Origin: a virus
Taxonomy: Duplodnaviria; Caudoviricetes
Length of the DNA stretch: 64,000 nucleotides
Direction: 5' to 3' (one strand)
Virus record (IMG/VR): IMGVR_UViG_2906626472_000001
Span: 32,001 to 96,000 of that record
The notes under the pieces were generated by a model. That model ran no database searches, had not been told where the DNA came from, and worked only from the letters and a program-made list of their open reading frames with translations. Numbering within the stretch: position 1 is the first letter of the stretch; every line of letters begins with the position of its first letter. Positions 21,529 to 30,099 of this stretch are shown in pieces. The translations under genes were made by a program, and so were the position numbers.

Positions 21529-21945
21529 ATGTGGCAGACCAGGCAATGCGAACACTGCGAGACCCCGTTCACCCGTCGAGACCGGCCGAACCAGCGCTTC
21601 TGCTCGCACGACTGCTCGGTGGCCTTCAAGATTAAGGGCCGCCCGACGAGCCGCCGCTGCGAGTGCTGTCCGACCGTCTTCCCGATCGGTGCCCGGCAGA
21701 AGAACAAGCGCTTCTGCTCGATGCACTGCGTCGGTCTCTGGCGCGAGCGCGAGAAGCGCCTGAACCGGAAACCGGAGCCGCCGAGGATCCGCCGCAAGCC
21801 TGGCCGCCTCGAATGGAAGATCTCCGGCGGCCAGAACAGCCGTGGCATGGCGCCGAGCCCGCGGTCACCGTCGTCGTCGCCGCCCCGCTGGGCTGACCTT
21901 CTGACCAGGCTCGGCTACGCCCGGGTCAGAACCGGGCATGGGTAG
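21529..21945 (+). CDS. Cassette gene 3, tandem zinc-finger protein
   Basis: Two CxxC...RFCSxxC units; TAG stop inside the repeat. Confidence 0.6.
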   Translation: MWQTRQCEHCETPFTRRDRPNQRFCSHDCSVAFKIKGRPTSRRCECCPTVFPIGARQKNKRFCSMHCVGLWREREKRLNRKPEPPRIRRKPGRLEWKISGGQNSRGMAPSPRSPSSSPPRWADLLTRLGYARVRTGHG

Positions 21946-22022
21946 CGAGTGCTCCGCGCTGGACTATTGCAACACTGTCGCGGCGCTGGCAGGAATGCGT
22001 CCATCGTTTTCGGGAGGGGGCA

Positions 22023-22430
22023 ATGGCATCCAGCGACGAACGCGCCAAATTACTCCGAATAAGCCGAGGGCTCGACCGACTAAACAACCCATGTCAATTG
22101 TGTAAGCAACGGGGAGCTATTTCGTCGAAAACACACTTTGCTGCAAATTTCGGATTGGCGTTTACGCGGACTGAAAACCATCTGGAGGGCTACTTTTGCG
22201 GGCCATGCATCCATAAGAAATTTCTGCTTTTTACTTTTATCAATTTGATTGGTTGGTTCGGAATAGTGTCCATCATCAAGGTTCCCATGTTTTTGCTGTC
22301 CAATATTGCGGAGTATGAATTTGCGATCAGGGCTATGCTACGAAAGCGCAAGCAGCGCCTCGCCCTGATTGAGGACTTGCTTGAGAAAGACGCGCAAGCC
22401 CGTCGGAATTTGAGTTCTCGAGGATCCTGA
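22023..22430 (+). CDS. Cassette gene 4, low-GC zinc-ribbon membrane protein
   Basis: GGAGG RBS; CQLC...CGPC followed by a hydrophobic segment. Confidence 0.6.
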   Translation: MASSDERAKLLRISRGLDRLNNPCQLCKQRGAISSKTHFAANFGLAFTRTENHLEGYFCGPCIHKKFLLFTFINLIGWFGIVSIIKVPMFLLSNIAEYEFAIRAMLRKRKQRLALIEDLLEKDAQARRNLSSRGS

Positions 22431-22435
22431 ATCCG

Positions 22436-22645
22436 ATGACGAAACCACCCAAAGAATTGCGCGATCTCGACAAGCAATTTGAGGCGACCCTAATTGCTGT
22501 TCGAGACCTCTATACTAGAGCGATGGAGCTTGGTGTCAGAGACATCGAACGAGCCTCTGAAGTTGCCCACGATGCCCTTGTAGTTTGCAAGCTAGCTCGA
22601 TTACCCACGTCGTGCCGGACGCCCAGAAGTCGAGGGCATGGGTAG
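22436..22645 (+). CDS. Cassette gene 5, hypothetical
   Basis: TAG stop inside the last repeat. Confidence 0.45.
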   Translation: MTKPPKELRDLDKQFEATLIAVRDLYTRAMELGVRDIERASEVAHDALVVCKLARLPTSCRTPRSRGHG

Positions 22646-22813
22646 CGAGCGCTCCGCGCTGATCTAACCGAACTGATCCGCCACCCGGCTGAACGCTGGG
22701 TGCTTCCGGTTCTTCACCTTGAACCAGTTGCACGTCGGCGGCCGGTATCGCCGCTCGCCGTGCTTGGAGACAAAGAAAGGCCCTTGAAACTATCGGGCAA
22801 TCCGTAGATCAGT

Positions 22814-23077
22814 GTGGCCATGGAAGACTCCTCGCCCGAAATAATTATTTGTGCTGCTGTTCGTGCTTCCAATGGAAAGGTCATCAGGGGCCATCGACAC
22901 ATTGATGCTGTTCGCGCACTTCAAGCGATGGACGGATATCAGGGTGAACAACCGCATGGTGACGACCAGGGCTTCGTCACGTCAACTAACAGGTTCGTAG
23001 ATCGACGGGAGGCCTATCGGCTACATTTTCCAGACAGAGAAGAACCAGACGAGCTTCGCAGCGACGACCTGTACTGA
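22814..23077 (+). CDS. Phage hypothetical protein (ICAA...GHRH...QGF...RFVDRREA...SDDLY)
   Basis: Motif set I recognise from a widespread small phage protein family. Confidence 0.65.
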   Translation: MAMEDSSPEIIICAAVRASNGKVIRGHRHIDAVRALQAMDGYQGEQPHGDDQGFVTSTNRFVDRREAYRLHFPDREEPDELRSDDLY

Positions 23078-23096
23078 CTGGGGAAAGAACGCAAAG

Positions 23097-23555
23097 ATGA
23101 AAACTCCAAGACTAAACCTTGTCGTTATTGCTGGCTTGCTCGCAAGCATTTCAGGGGTGAATGCCGGTGATGTGGCTGATAAGCCCGCTGTTTTGTCTGT
23201 CACTTGGTTTGTGGAGGGGCAGCCTCCAGCGACAACCAACACTCCCATGAGCAGCTTAAAGGCGTGCTTGCTGGCGAAGGCTCATGCCGAAGCTGCCGGT
23301 GAGCAGGCTCACAACGAGCGTATTCGTTTGAACGAACAAGATAAGGCTGATGTTTTAGAAGGCCGAGTTTCTAAAGCAGATGAAAAAGGATATTGGCAAG
23401 AAGCCCCCGGCGTTTATGCAGTTGACAAAGAAGGTCAACCGCTCAAACCGAGACCTCCTAAGAAATGGGTAGTCACTGAACTTTCGTCAGAAGCAAAGCG
23501 AAAACTCAAGGGTGTTGCCCCACCTCAACTGAGTGCGTTTTGTATAGAGCAGTGA
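23097..23555 (+). CDS. Low-GC secreted hypothetical protein
   Basis: N-terminal signal peptide; AT-richer codon use. Confidence 0.55.
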   Translation: MKTPRLNLVVIAGLLASISGVNAGDVADKPAVLSVTWFVEGQPPATTNTPMSSLKACLLAKAHAEAAGEQAHNERIRLNEQDKADVLEGRVSKADEKGYWQEAPGVYAVDKEGQPLKPRPPKKWVVTELSSEAKRKLKGVAPPQLSAFCIEQ

Positions 23556-23592
23556 TCTGGGATCGCAAAGGACTGGCAAGTCAGGCGCCGCT

Positions 23593-24186
23593 TCAGAACT
23601 GGTCGGCCACGCGGCTGTAAGCCGGATGCTTTCGGTTCTTCACCTTGATCCAGTCGCAGGTGCGTGATCGGTAGCGCCGCTCGCGGTGCTTCGAGACGAT
23701 CCCCTCCAGCTCCATGCGGCAGGCAGCCTCGAACAGCTGCGGGCCGATCTCGCCCTGTTCGAACGGTGCCACAAAGATACCCTCGGGCCGGCGGTGCAGG
23801 ACTTTGGCAAGCTTTCCCTTGCGCTCGAACAGCGGCAGTTCCCGCAGGTCATCGCCTTCGAGCGCCACGATGTCGAAGGTGTAGAACTGCGCCTCGTCAT
23901 TGTGACGGTTGGAGTGCAGCGCGTTGAAGTCCGAGACCCCCCGCACGTCGAGCACGCAGATCTCGCCGTCGATCACGAAGCTCTTCTGCTTGATCTTCAG
24001 CGCGGCCTCGACGATGAACGGGTAGCGCCAGGTCCAGTCGAGGCCCGACCTGGAGAACACCTTCACGTCCTTGCCATCGCGGACCACGCGCCCGCGGTAG
24101 CCGTCGTACTTGATCTCGTGGATCCAGTCCGGCCCGCTCGGCACCACCTTGCGCATTACAGGTTTGCAATACTCAAATCTAAACAT
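23593..24186 (-). CDS. ATP-dependent DNA ligase adenylation domain (LigD/LigC-like, no OB-fold)
   Basis: EIKYDGYR (motif I), IDGE, FDIV, EGIVSK, WIKVK. Start at ATG 24186 chosen; the ORF extends to 24258. Confidence 0.85.
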   Translation of the reverse strand: MFRFEYCKPVMRKVVPSGPDWIHEIKYDGYRGRVVRDGKDVKVFSRSGLDWTWRYPFIVEAALKIKQKSFVIDGEICVLDVRGVSDFNALHSNRHNDEAQFYTFDIVALEGDDLRELPLFERKGKLAKVLHRRPEGIFVAPFEQGEIGPQLFEAACRMELEGIVSKHRERRYRSRTCDWIKVKNRKHPAYSRVADQF

Positions 24187-24254
24187 GCGCGGCAGATATG
24201 CATGATCGCCGGAGAGTCGAGTCTGTCCGAAAAACGTACCCAATTTTCTGACAG

Positions 24255-24614
24255 TCACAGCTGCAGCGGCAGCGGCAGCTGCACGCCGATTCTCCGGCCG
24301 ACCTGGCTCTCGATGAAGTCCTGCAGCGCGTCGGATATCTCCCGGCCCTCGGTGCCTATCCGGCGCTCCAGCTCGCGGGCGACGTCCTCGCTGGCATCCC
24401 TCGACCAGCCCTCAGCCGGATTGAAGGCGACGACCCGAAGCACCTGGTCGTACTCGCCCCGGAGGAGGTCTTCGATCAGCGTGGAATAGTCGATCCCTTC
24501 GTCGGTCTCGCGGAAGGCCGCGCCGCTCCTGAAGTCCTCCAGCACAAGGTAGAAATCCTTGTCGAGGCGATCGTTCGGCACGATTGACGGCGAGGCCATA
24601 CGCATGAACTCCAC
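24255..24614 (-). CDS. Hypothetical protein (ligase-associated, Bradyrhizobium-type)
   Basis: YLVLEDF...FRETD...VVAFNPAEGWSRDASEDVA recalled from rhizobial ligase loci. Confidence 0.65.
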   Translation of the reverse strand: MEFMRMASPSIVPNDRLDKDFYLVLEDFRSGAAFRETDEGIDYSTLIEDLLRGEYDQVLRVVAFNPAEGWSRDASEDVARELERRIGTEGREISDALQDFIESQVGRRIGVQLPLPLQL

Positions 24615-24640
24615 TGACCGGAGTCCAAGGTATGGGACCG

Positions 24641-24904
24641 TTAACCCGAACGCGAGTCGTTGCTGTCGAGAATCCGCACGTAGGTTCCGCTCTCGTGCAT
24701 CTCCAGGAACTTGCGCCCGATCAGGAAGTCGAGGCCGGCCTTGTACTCAGCCGGGCTGGCGCCGTCGCGGAACAGGAAGGGGTAGTTGATCTTCTCGATG
24801 TGCAGCCGGCCGTCCTGCACGGGCTCGACCTCGCGACAGATATGCATCAGCCGTTTCGCCGCGGCCTCTGGCTTGGCGTAGGGCCGGTCCTCTGCGAGCT
24901 TCAT
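24641..24904 (-). CDS. Hypothetical protein (Bradyrhizobium-type)
   Basis: MKLAEDRPYAKPEAAAKRL...HESGTYVR; coupled start at 24904. Confidence 0.65.
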   Translation of the reverse strand: MKLAEDRPYAKPEAAAKRLMHICREVEPVQDGRLHIEKINYPFLFRDGASPAEYKAGLDFLIGRKFLEMHESGTYVRILDSNDSRSG

Positions 24905-25344
24905 GCGCCAATCCCCCGGTGGGCACAGTGAATGTGCTCGTCCTGAGACGCGATGGTGATGAACTCGCCGCAGAAGCACCTGGCCGGCGCTCCTCGTGTC
25001 TGCGTCGGCAAGAACAGCTTCTCCTCGTGCATCTTGTCCTTCCAGGCGTGAAAATCTCGAGACCGTCGCCACTCCTCGAAGTGTTCTTCGGTGCGGGTGG
25101 CGAGCAGCTTCTCCCAGTCCCTCTCGAACCCGGCTCTGGCTTCCTCGAAGCTCTCAGCTGTCCCGGTCGTCGACTGGCCCGGCTCGCATCCGGGGTAGAA
25201 GCCGCAGCTCCAGCCCCACTGCGGAGTGTGGTTAGGGATGCCGGCTCGCTTTGCGATGTGACCGACCCGCACGTCACCCCAGTAGACGAACCAGCCGCCG
25301 GCTCGGTGTGGGTCCTTGTCGGGCTTGCGATGCAGATGGCTCAT
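24901..25344 (-). CDS. Hypothetical protein
   Basis: WGWSCGFYPG and C-terminal CFCG...H..H; coupled to the next gene. Confidence 0.65.
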   Translation of the reverse strand: MSHLHRKPDKDPHRAGGWFVYWGDVRVGHIAKRAGIPNHTPQWGWSCGFYPGCEPGQSTTGTAESFEEARAGFERDWEKLLATRTEEHFEEWRRSRDFHAWKDKMHEEKLFLPTQTRGAPARCFCGEFITIASQDEHIHCAHRGIGA

Positions 25345-25355
25345 GATTTCTCAGG

Positions 25356-25437
25356 TGTGATCGGCATTCACAGGTGTGATCCTCGTTCACAGGGGGGGTG
25401 TGATCCTTGTTCACACCCGATGTGAACCTGGTTCACA
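25356..25437. repeat. Four tandem TGTGA-N7-TCACA palindromes (iteron- or operator-like)
   Basis: Units at 25356-25372, 25375-25391, 25399-25415 and 25421-25437. Confidence 0.85.
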
Positions 25438-25512
25438 CCTTTAACCTCCCTATAGAACCTTCCACCATAAGAACCATATCCCCTACCCCTTACGGGGCAG
25501 GGCGCTGGCTGG

Positions 25513-25695
25513 TCATTCCGGTTCCTTGATGTAGAGCTGGCCGCCGGCCTCGTAGACCATCGCTTGGTCGTTCTTCACCAGCTCGGCCGCGGCGACGAAG
25601 CTCTCGATCGTGACCCGAACGCCATGCCGGTTCCTGCCAATGGCAGCCAGCAGGGTGGTCTTCAGCTTCTCGAATGCGATCTCGTCCTCGGTCAT
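25513..25695 (-). CDS. Small hypothetical protein
   Basis: AGGA RBS; 60 aa. Confidence 0.55.
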   Translation of the reverse strand: MTEDEIAFEKLKTTLLAAIGRNRHGVRVTIESFVAAAELVKNDQAMVYEAGGQLYIKEPE

Positions 25696-25772
25696 GACCA
25701 GTTCCTATTCCTGCCGGCCGGCGGTTTCAACAGATCGGCCGGAAATACCTCCGAGGTGTTGAAACCGGTCCC

Positions 25773-25853
25773 CATTTGCATTTTCATTTGCCGGACTTGA
25801 CAAACAGGGGGAGGGTGCTGTACCAGATCAGCTACCGTTAGCATTCGTGCAAA
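25773..25853 (+). promoter_or_regulatory. Rightward sigma70-like promoter with flanking TTGC/GCAA boxes
   Basis: CATTTGCATTTTCA at 25773, TTGACA at 25797 and TTAGCATTCGTGCAAA at 25838; same layout as at 40116-40186. Confidence 0.6.
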
Positions 25854-26139
25854 CGGGAAACAAGCCCCAGGACATGGCCCGGAACATACGCCGGGACGTT
25901 GGGCGGCGTCCGGACCCACAAACCCCATGCTGCCGCCGCGATGGCGCCCGGCGAGGCGACACGAGTTCGGCATGTCCAGGCGCTTGCATGAATGCAAACG
26001 GAGGAGGACATCGTGACGGCAGACATCGAGTTCCTGATGGTTCTCAGCAGAACCATCCTGCAGCTGATGCTGCTCTCGGGCAGTGCCATCGTCACGGTCC
26101 TGGTCGTCACCCTCGTCGTCTGGCTGTTCGGAGGTCTGC

Positions 26140-26388
26140 GTGGCTGACCTCCTGCGCGGCGTGTCGCCCGAGCGCAAGGAGAAGATCCTGGCGCGGGCCG
26201 AGGAACTCATCCGCGAAGAGCGGATGCGGCGAGGGCGCTTCGCGCCCCCAGACGAAATCCAAAACGCCGCCGACCCGTTCGAGCTGCGCCCCGCCAACTG
26301 GGTGCTGGCCTCGATGCTCGCCATGGGCGCCGCCACCATCATTGCGCTGATCGCTACCGCCCTGCGTGCGGCAGGCTCCAAAGTTTAA
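26140..26388 (+). CDS. Membrane-anchored hypothetical protein
   Basis: GGAGG RBS before GTG; C-terminal transmembrane segment. Confidence 0.5.
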   Translation: MADLLRGVSPERKEKILARAEELIREERMRRGRFAPPDEIQNAADPFELRPANWVLASMLAMGAATIIALIATALRAAGSKV

Positions 26389-26439
26389 CCAGAGCCCGCG
26401 GCCTGCCCCAGGCAGCCCGGGTCACCATTTGAGGCGTGC

Positions 26440-26718
26440 ATGTCTGTGCCTGACGAACTCGTCGATCTCGCGCTCGAAGCGCTGGAGGCCGAAGTCGCGT
26501 GCTGGCGCAAGGTGCCATGGCGCCCAGACTACACCCGCCTGATGCGCTTCTCGGACACCTGCCGCGGTCCCGTTGGACCTGCGGAGGTTACCGAGGAGGA
26601 GGCGACCATCACCTGCCACGACGTGCCAACGCACATGGCTGACGACATGATCGTCCGCTTCGCGATGGAGAAGGTCGTAGAGGCCGTCATCGGCGCCATC
26701 TCGGTCGGAGGTGAGTGA
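26440..26718 (+). CDS. Hypothetical protein
   Basis: GAGG RBS; coupled to the next gene. Confidence 0.6.
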   Translation: MSVPDELVDLALEALEAEVACWRKVPWRPDYTRLMRFSDTCRGPVGPAEVTEEEATITCHDVPTHMADDMIVRFAMEKVVEAVIGAISVGGE

Positions 26719-26900
26719 TGGCGCGATCGTCTTACGTCTACGTGGTCATGACCAACGGCTCGCCCGAGGCGGCCTTCACGGTCAAGCACGAGCTGGCCAC
26801 CTACCTGAACAAGCGCGACCCCATGAAGCCGCCGTACACCATCTGGCGGCTGCGCGATGGCGGCAAAGAACCCGAACTCACGCAGATCATCGAGCTATGA
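26718..26900 (+). CDS. Small hypothetical protein
   Basis: TGATG coupling. Confidence 0.55.
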   Translation: MARSSYVYVVMTNGSPEAAFTVKHELATYLNKRDPMKPPYTIWRLRDGGKEPELTQIIEL

Positions 26901-27331
26901 CCACAATCGCCTACAAGGACGGAGTGCTCGCTGGCGACACCCTGATGATCAAGGGCTCGACCATCACGGGGCACATCACCAAGATCGTTCGCCGCGAGAG
27001 CGACGGCGCGCTGTGCGGCGGCTCCGGCAATCTCAACTGGCTCCAGGCCTTCCATCGCTGGTTCCTGGACGGCGAGAAGGACGACGAGATGCCCGAGCCG
27101 AGCGAGTATGACAATGCCATCATCGCTCGCAAAGACGATCCCGAAGTCGAGATATTCGAGTTCGGCGGCTCCTTCGTCTTCGAGCCCAACTTCACTGCGA
27201 TCGGCTCCGGCAAGGAATACGCATTCGGCGCCATGAGCGCTGGCGCGGACGCCGAGGAAGCCATCCGGATCGCATGCCTCTACGACCCGGGCACGGGCGG
27301 CGAGGTCCAGGTGGTCCGCCATGACGGCTGA
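26897..27331 (+). CDS. HslV/proteasome-beta-like Ntn-hydrolase protease
   Basis: N-terminus M-TTIAYKDGVLAGDT, plus TKI, GSG, AIGSG and D..TGG motifs. Confidence 0.8.
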   Translation: MTTIAYKDGVLAGDTLMIKGSTITGHITKIVRRESDGALCGGSGNLNWLQAFHRWFLDGEKDDEMPEPSEYDNAIIARKDDPEVEIFEFGGSFVFEPNFTAIGSGKEYAFGAMSAGADAEEAIRIACLYDPGTGGEVQVVRHDG

Positions 27332-27539
27332 CAGCTGCGGATACTGCGAGACCAAGCCGGCCAAGGACACCTGTTCGAAGTGCGGCAAGACACAGGGCGG
27401 CATCGACTGGTTCGGCGCCGCCTTCCGCAAGCTGCGGCTCCGGAAGGGTCATCCCGACCCGGGCATCCTGTGCGGATCATGTGCCGGCGCAATCACCGGC
27501 AAGGAAATTGGGGAGAAGGTCCTTGGCGGAAAAGATTGA
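27321..27539 (+). CDS. Zinc-finger small protein
   Basis: Three CxxC pairs. Confidence 0.55.
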   Translation: MTADSCGYCETKPAKDTCSKCGKTQGGIDWFGAAFRKLRLRKGHPDPGILCGSCAGAITGKEIGEKVLGGKD

Positions 27540-27783
27540 TCCGATCTCGACCAGCCCCAAGGCGATGCAAGCCTACCAGCTCATGAAGATCCTCGACCCG
27601 CTGGTCGGGGTGGCTGAGGCCGCGTTCTTCATGCAGCGTGCAAACGACCTATGCGGCGGCGTCACGCCCGTCACGGCAATCAAAGAAGGCCGGATCGACG
27701 AGGTTACGCGAGCCGTGCAGGCGGTCGCCTGCGAGAAGGGCGTCTTCGCCGACCCGTGGCTGCCGCCGAAGACGCGACGCTGA
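27523..27783 (+). CDS. Xre/MbcA/ParS C-terminal (DUF2384)-like small protein
   Basis: AAFFMQRANDLCGGVTPVTAIKEGRIDEV resembles the N..LgG.tP...l..G....V signature. Confidence 0.5.
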   Translation: MAEKIDPISTSPKAMQAYQLMKILDPLVGVAEAAFFMQRANDLCGGVTPVTAIKEGRIDEVTRAVQAVACEKGVFADPWLPPKTRR

Positions 27784-27786
27784 ATT

Positions 27787-27861
27787 GCTGGGGTAGCTCA
27801 ACGGTAGAGCGCCTGGCTTCCAACCAGGTGGTTGTGGGTTCGAGCCCCACCCCTCGCTCCA
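27787..27861 (+). tRNA. tRNA-Gly(TCC)
   Basis: Cloverleaf with anticodon arm CCTGG-CTTCCAA-CCAGG, T-arm GTGGG-TTCGAGC-CCCAC, U73 and encoded CCA. Confidence 0.9.
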
Positions 27862-27873
27862 AAGGATCAGAAA

Positions 27874-28137
27874 ATGAGGAACGTCAAACCGTGGTGCGCG
27901 ATCATCGCCGCCTCGGAGGATATCGCTGCGCAGTACCGCGCCGCCTTCGGTCTCTCGGACGAGATCTGGGCTGTGATCCGCCACGACGCGGACACCCGCG
28001 GTCAGCAGTTCGACCGCGTCGTCGTCATCCGGCCGCACTGGCAGATCGACGCCGAAGAGGCTGCTCGCTTCGAAGAACAGATCACGACGCAGTGGCGGAC
28101 GATTGTACGCCCCGGCGGCTGGCTCACCATCATCTGA
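27874..28137 (+). CDS. Hypothetical protein
   Basis: AAGGA RBS before ATG 27874. Confidence 0.6.
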   Translation: MRNVKPWCAIIAASEDIAAQYRAAFGLSDEIWAVIRHDADTRGQQFDRVVVIRPHWQIDAEEAARFEEQITTQWRTIVRPGGWLTII

Positions 28138-28144
28138 GGACACC

Positions 28145-28303
28145 ATGGGCTTCTGGGAAGCAATCATCATCGGCATCGCGCTCTACGCGGGCCTCAACTC
28201 CATCGCCGAAGCGTTCGACAACATCGCTGTCGGCATTGAACAGGCGGGTCTCCACCTCGCCGCGGCTCTCGAAGAGCCGGTCGCAGAAGAGGACGAGGAC
28301 TGA
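28145..28303 (+). CDS. Small membrane protein
   Basis: GAGGA RBS; hydrophobic N-terminus and acidic tail. Confidence 0.5.
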   Translation: MGFWEAIIIGIALYAGLNSIAEAFDNIAVGIEQAGLHLAAALEEPVAEEDED

Positions 28304-28517
28304 TGCCATTTCCGTTCTCGATCCTGATGTTCAGCTACGCCATATGGCAGGCGTCCATCGAGCGGGCTTTCCACCCGTTCGAGGTGCGCCATGTGGAGCC
28401 GAAGCACATTTGACGATCTAATCATCCTGGCGCCTCTGCTGTTCGTCTTCTTCCTCGTCGCGATGGCGCACCTCTTCAGCTGACGAATAGCCGGCTCCCA
28501 AAAACCCGAGCACAACA

Positions 28518-28997
28518 ATGAAGGCTCTAGCACTGGCCCTTGCGGGCCTGGTGATGACTGCTGCCGTGTCGCCATCCCACGCGCTGCTCATCGAGAAAGA
28601 CCCCGGTGGGGTGATCGTGGACTTCGTCAAGAAGTATTCGAAAATTCGGGACAGCGGCGAGAAGATCGTGATCAACGGCGAGTGCGATTCGTCCTGCACC
28701 ATCTTCCTCGGCATCGTCCCCAAGAAGAACGTTTGCATCACGTCGAATGCCAAGCTCGGATTTCATACGGCTTCGCTCCGTACCGTCGACCCTGATGGCT
28801 CCGTGACTTGGTCGCACGCCGAAGAGTTCTCGGCGCTCATGTGGAATCTCTATCCAGGCAAGTTCCGCGCTTACCTCAAGCGCGTCGGCTGGAATGGTGA
28901 TGACCCCAAGATCGCACATCCCGACATCGTCTATGTCGGACCGCGCGCTCTGCATGCGCTCGGCATCCGCTACTGCGGCCTGGAGAGCTTGCTGTGA
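28518..28997 (+). CDS. Periplasmic ClpP/crotonase-fold-like protein
   Basis: Signal peptide; DPGG, INGECDSSCT and LGFH motifs. Confidence 0.6.
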   Translation: MKALALALAGLVMTAAVSPSHALLIEKDPGGVIVDFVKKYSKIRDSGEKIVINGECDSSCTIFLGIVPKKNVCITSNAKLGFHTASLRTVDPDGSVTWSHAEEFSALMWNLYPGKFRAYLKRVGWNGDDPKIAHPDIVYVGPRALHALGIRYCGLESLL

Positions 28998-29350
28998 GCC
29001 GGTCCCGAAAGCTTCCCGATCGCCGGAAGCTGCCGTCGATCATCAAGATCGGCATCTTCGTCTACACGCTGGTGCATTGGGATCCAGCCGAGGCTGAGGA
29101 GAAGGAATGCCTCGGTCTGTGCGACCGTCTCAACTTTATCATCTACGTGCGCGACGACCTGCCTGACAGCGGTTTCGCTGAGGTCCTTGAGCACGAGATC
29201 AACCACGCCTGCTGGCACGCAGCAGCGCTCAAGTCCCGGGCAAACGAAGAGACGGTCGTGAACCGTCTGACGCCGGTCATGATCATGGCTCGCCGGGACA
29301 ACCCGGAGATCTACGCCTGGATCGACCGCGCCGTCGCCCAGAAAGCCTGA
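28994..29350 (+). CDS. HExxH zinc metalloprotease-like phage protein
   Basis: LEHEINHA...EETVV. Confidence 0.6.
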   Translation: MSRSRKLPDRRKLPSIIKIGIFVYTLVHWDPAEAEEKECLGLCDRLNFIIYVRDDLPDSGFAEVLEHEINHACWHAAALKSRANEETVVNRLTPVMIMARRDNPEIYAWIDRAVAQKA

Positions 29351-29353
29351 TCC

Positions 29354-29617
29354 ATGCTGAACGCAATGGTCGCCTCTACGAAGAGGCAGGCAGAAGCGAT
29401 GATTGCTCTGCTGAAACTCAACCCCAACGAATGGGAGCCCGTCATCTACGGGCAGCCCATCAAGAAGCTCATCGGGCACGCCAAGCTCGTGCGGCCCAGC
29501 GAGGGCGTCGAACGGTCTCACTGCGACTGGGTGCTCGGAGTGCTCGTCCCGAACCTGTGCCTGTCGGTGACTACCGTGCCGCCGCACTGGAAGATCCCTC
29601 AGGAGCACGTCGCCTAG
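29354..29617 (+). CDS. Hypothetical protein
   Basis: In-operon ORF. Confidence 0.55.
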   Translation: MLNAMVASTKRQAEAMIALLKLNPNEWEPVIYGQPIKKLIGHAKLVRPSEGVERSHCDWVLGVLVPNLCLSVTTVPPHWKIPQEHVA

Positions 29618-29630
29618 TTAAGAAAGAAAA

Positions 29631-29732
29631 ATGGCCAAGAAGCACGTCAAAAAGGTGTCTAAGAACACCAAGCTCACGGAGCTGCGCATCGAGCGTAAGC
29701 GCCGCCGTCGTCGCCAGAAAGCTGGCGGCTAA
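29631..29732 (+). CDS. 33-aa Lys/Arg-rich peptide MAKKHVKKVSKNTKLTELRIERKRRRRRQKAGG
   Basis: Translated by hand; purine-rich leader; not in the ORF track. Confidence 0.5.
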   Translation: MAKKHVKKVSKNTKLTELRIERKRRRRRQKAGG

Positions 29733-29911
29733 CCGAACCACCATCCCCGGAGTCGCAGACAGGGAGCAGGGATTATAGAAGCCCTGACCGTCTGCTCGTG
29801 GCCCGGCCTGCGGCGGGGGTTTCTCCTCCTTTACCCCGCCGCGCCCGAGGACAAATCAGCTTACTGCAAAACCTCGGGCACCCAACCGTTTCAACCATCG
29901 AAGGATCTGTC

Positions 29912-30031
29912 ATGGACGCCGTGAAGTCCGTCTACAACTATGCGACCGCCTGGGTCGCAGCGCATCCGGTCGCGACCGTCAACGCCATCCTGGCGGTTGT
30001 CGTGCTCAAGACCGTTCTCGTCATTCTCTGA
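29912..30031 (+). CDS. Small membrane peptide (39 aa)
   Basis: AAGGA RBS; single hydrophobic segment. Confidence 0.5.
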   Translation: MDAVKSVYNYATAWVAAHPVATVNAILAVVVLKTVLVIL

Positions 30032-30099
30032 TCTCGCTTCGTTCGATTTCGGAAATAAGTTGCCCGTTTCTGGAAAGACCTTTCCGGTCGCGAAACGTC

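Larger units (their letters stand above)
20937..22662 (+). repeat. Six dispersed copies of the 23-bp repeat GGGTAGCGAGCGCTCCGCGCTGA separating small genes
   Basis: Copies at 20937-20959 (variant), 20988-21010, 21219-21241, 21491-21513, 21940-21962 and 22640-22662. Confidence 0.9.

Noticed and set aside
20937-22662. CRISPR array
   Set aside because: Gaps range from 28 to 677 nt and contain ORFs; no cas genes are present in the window.
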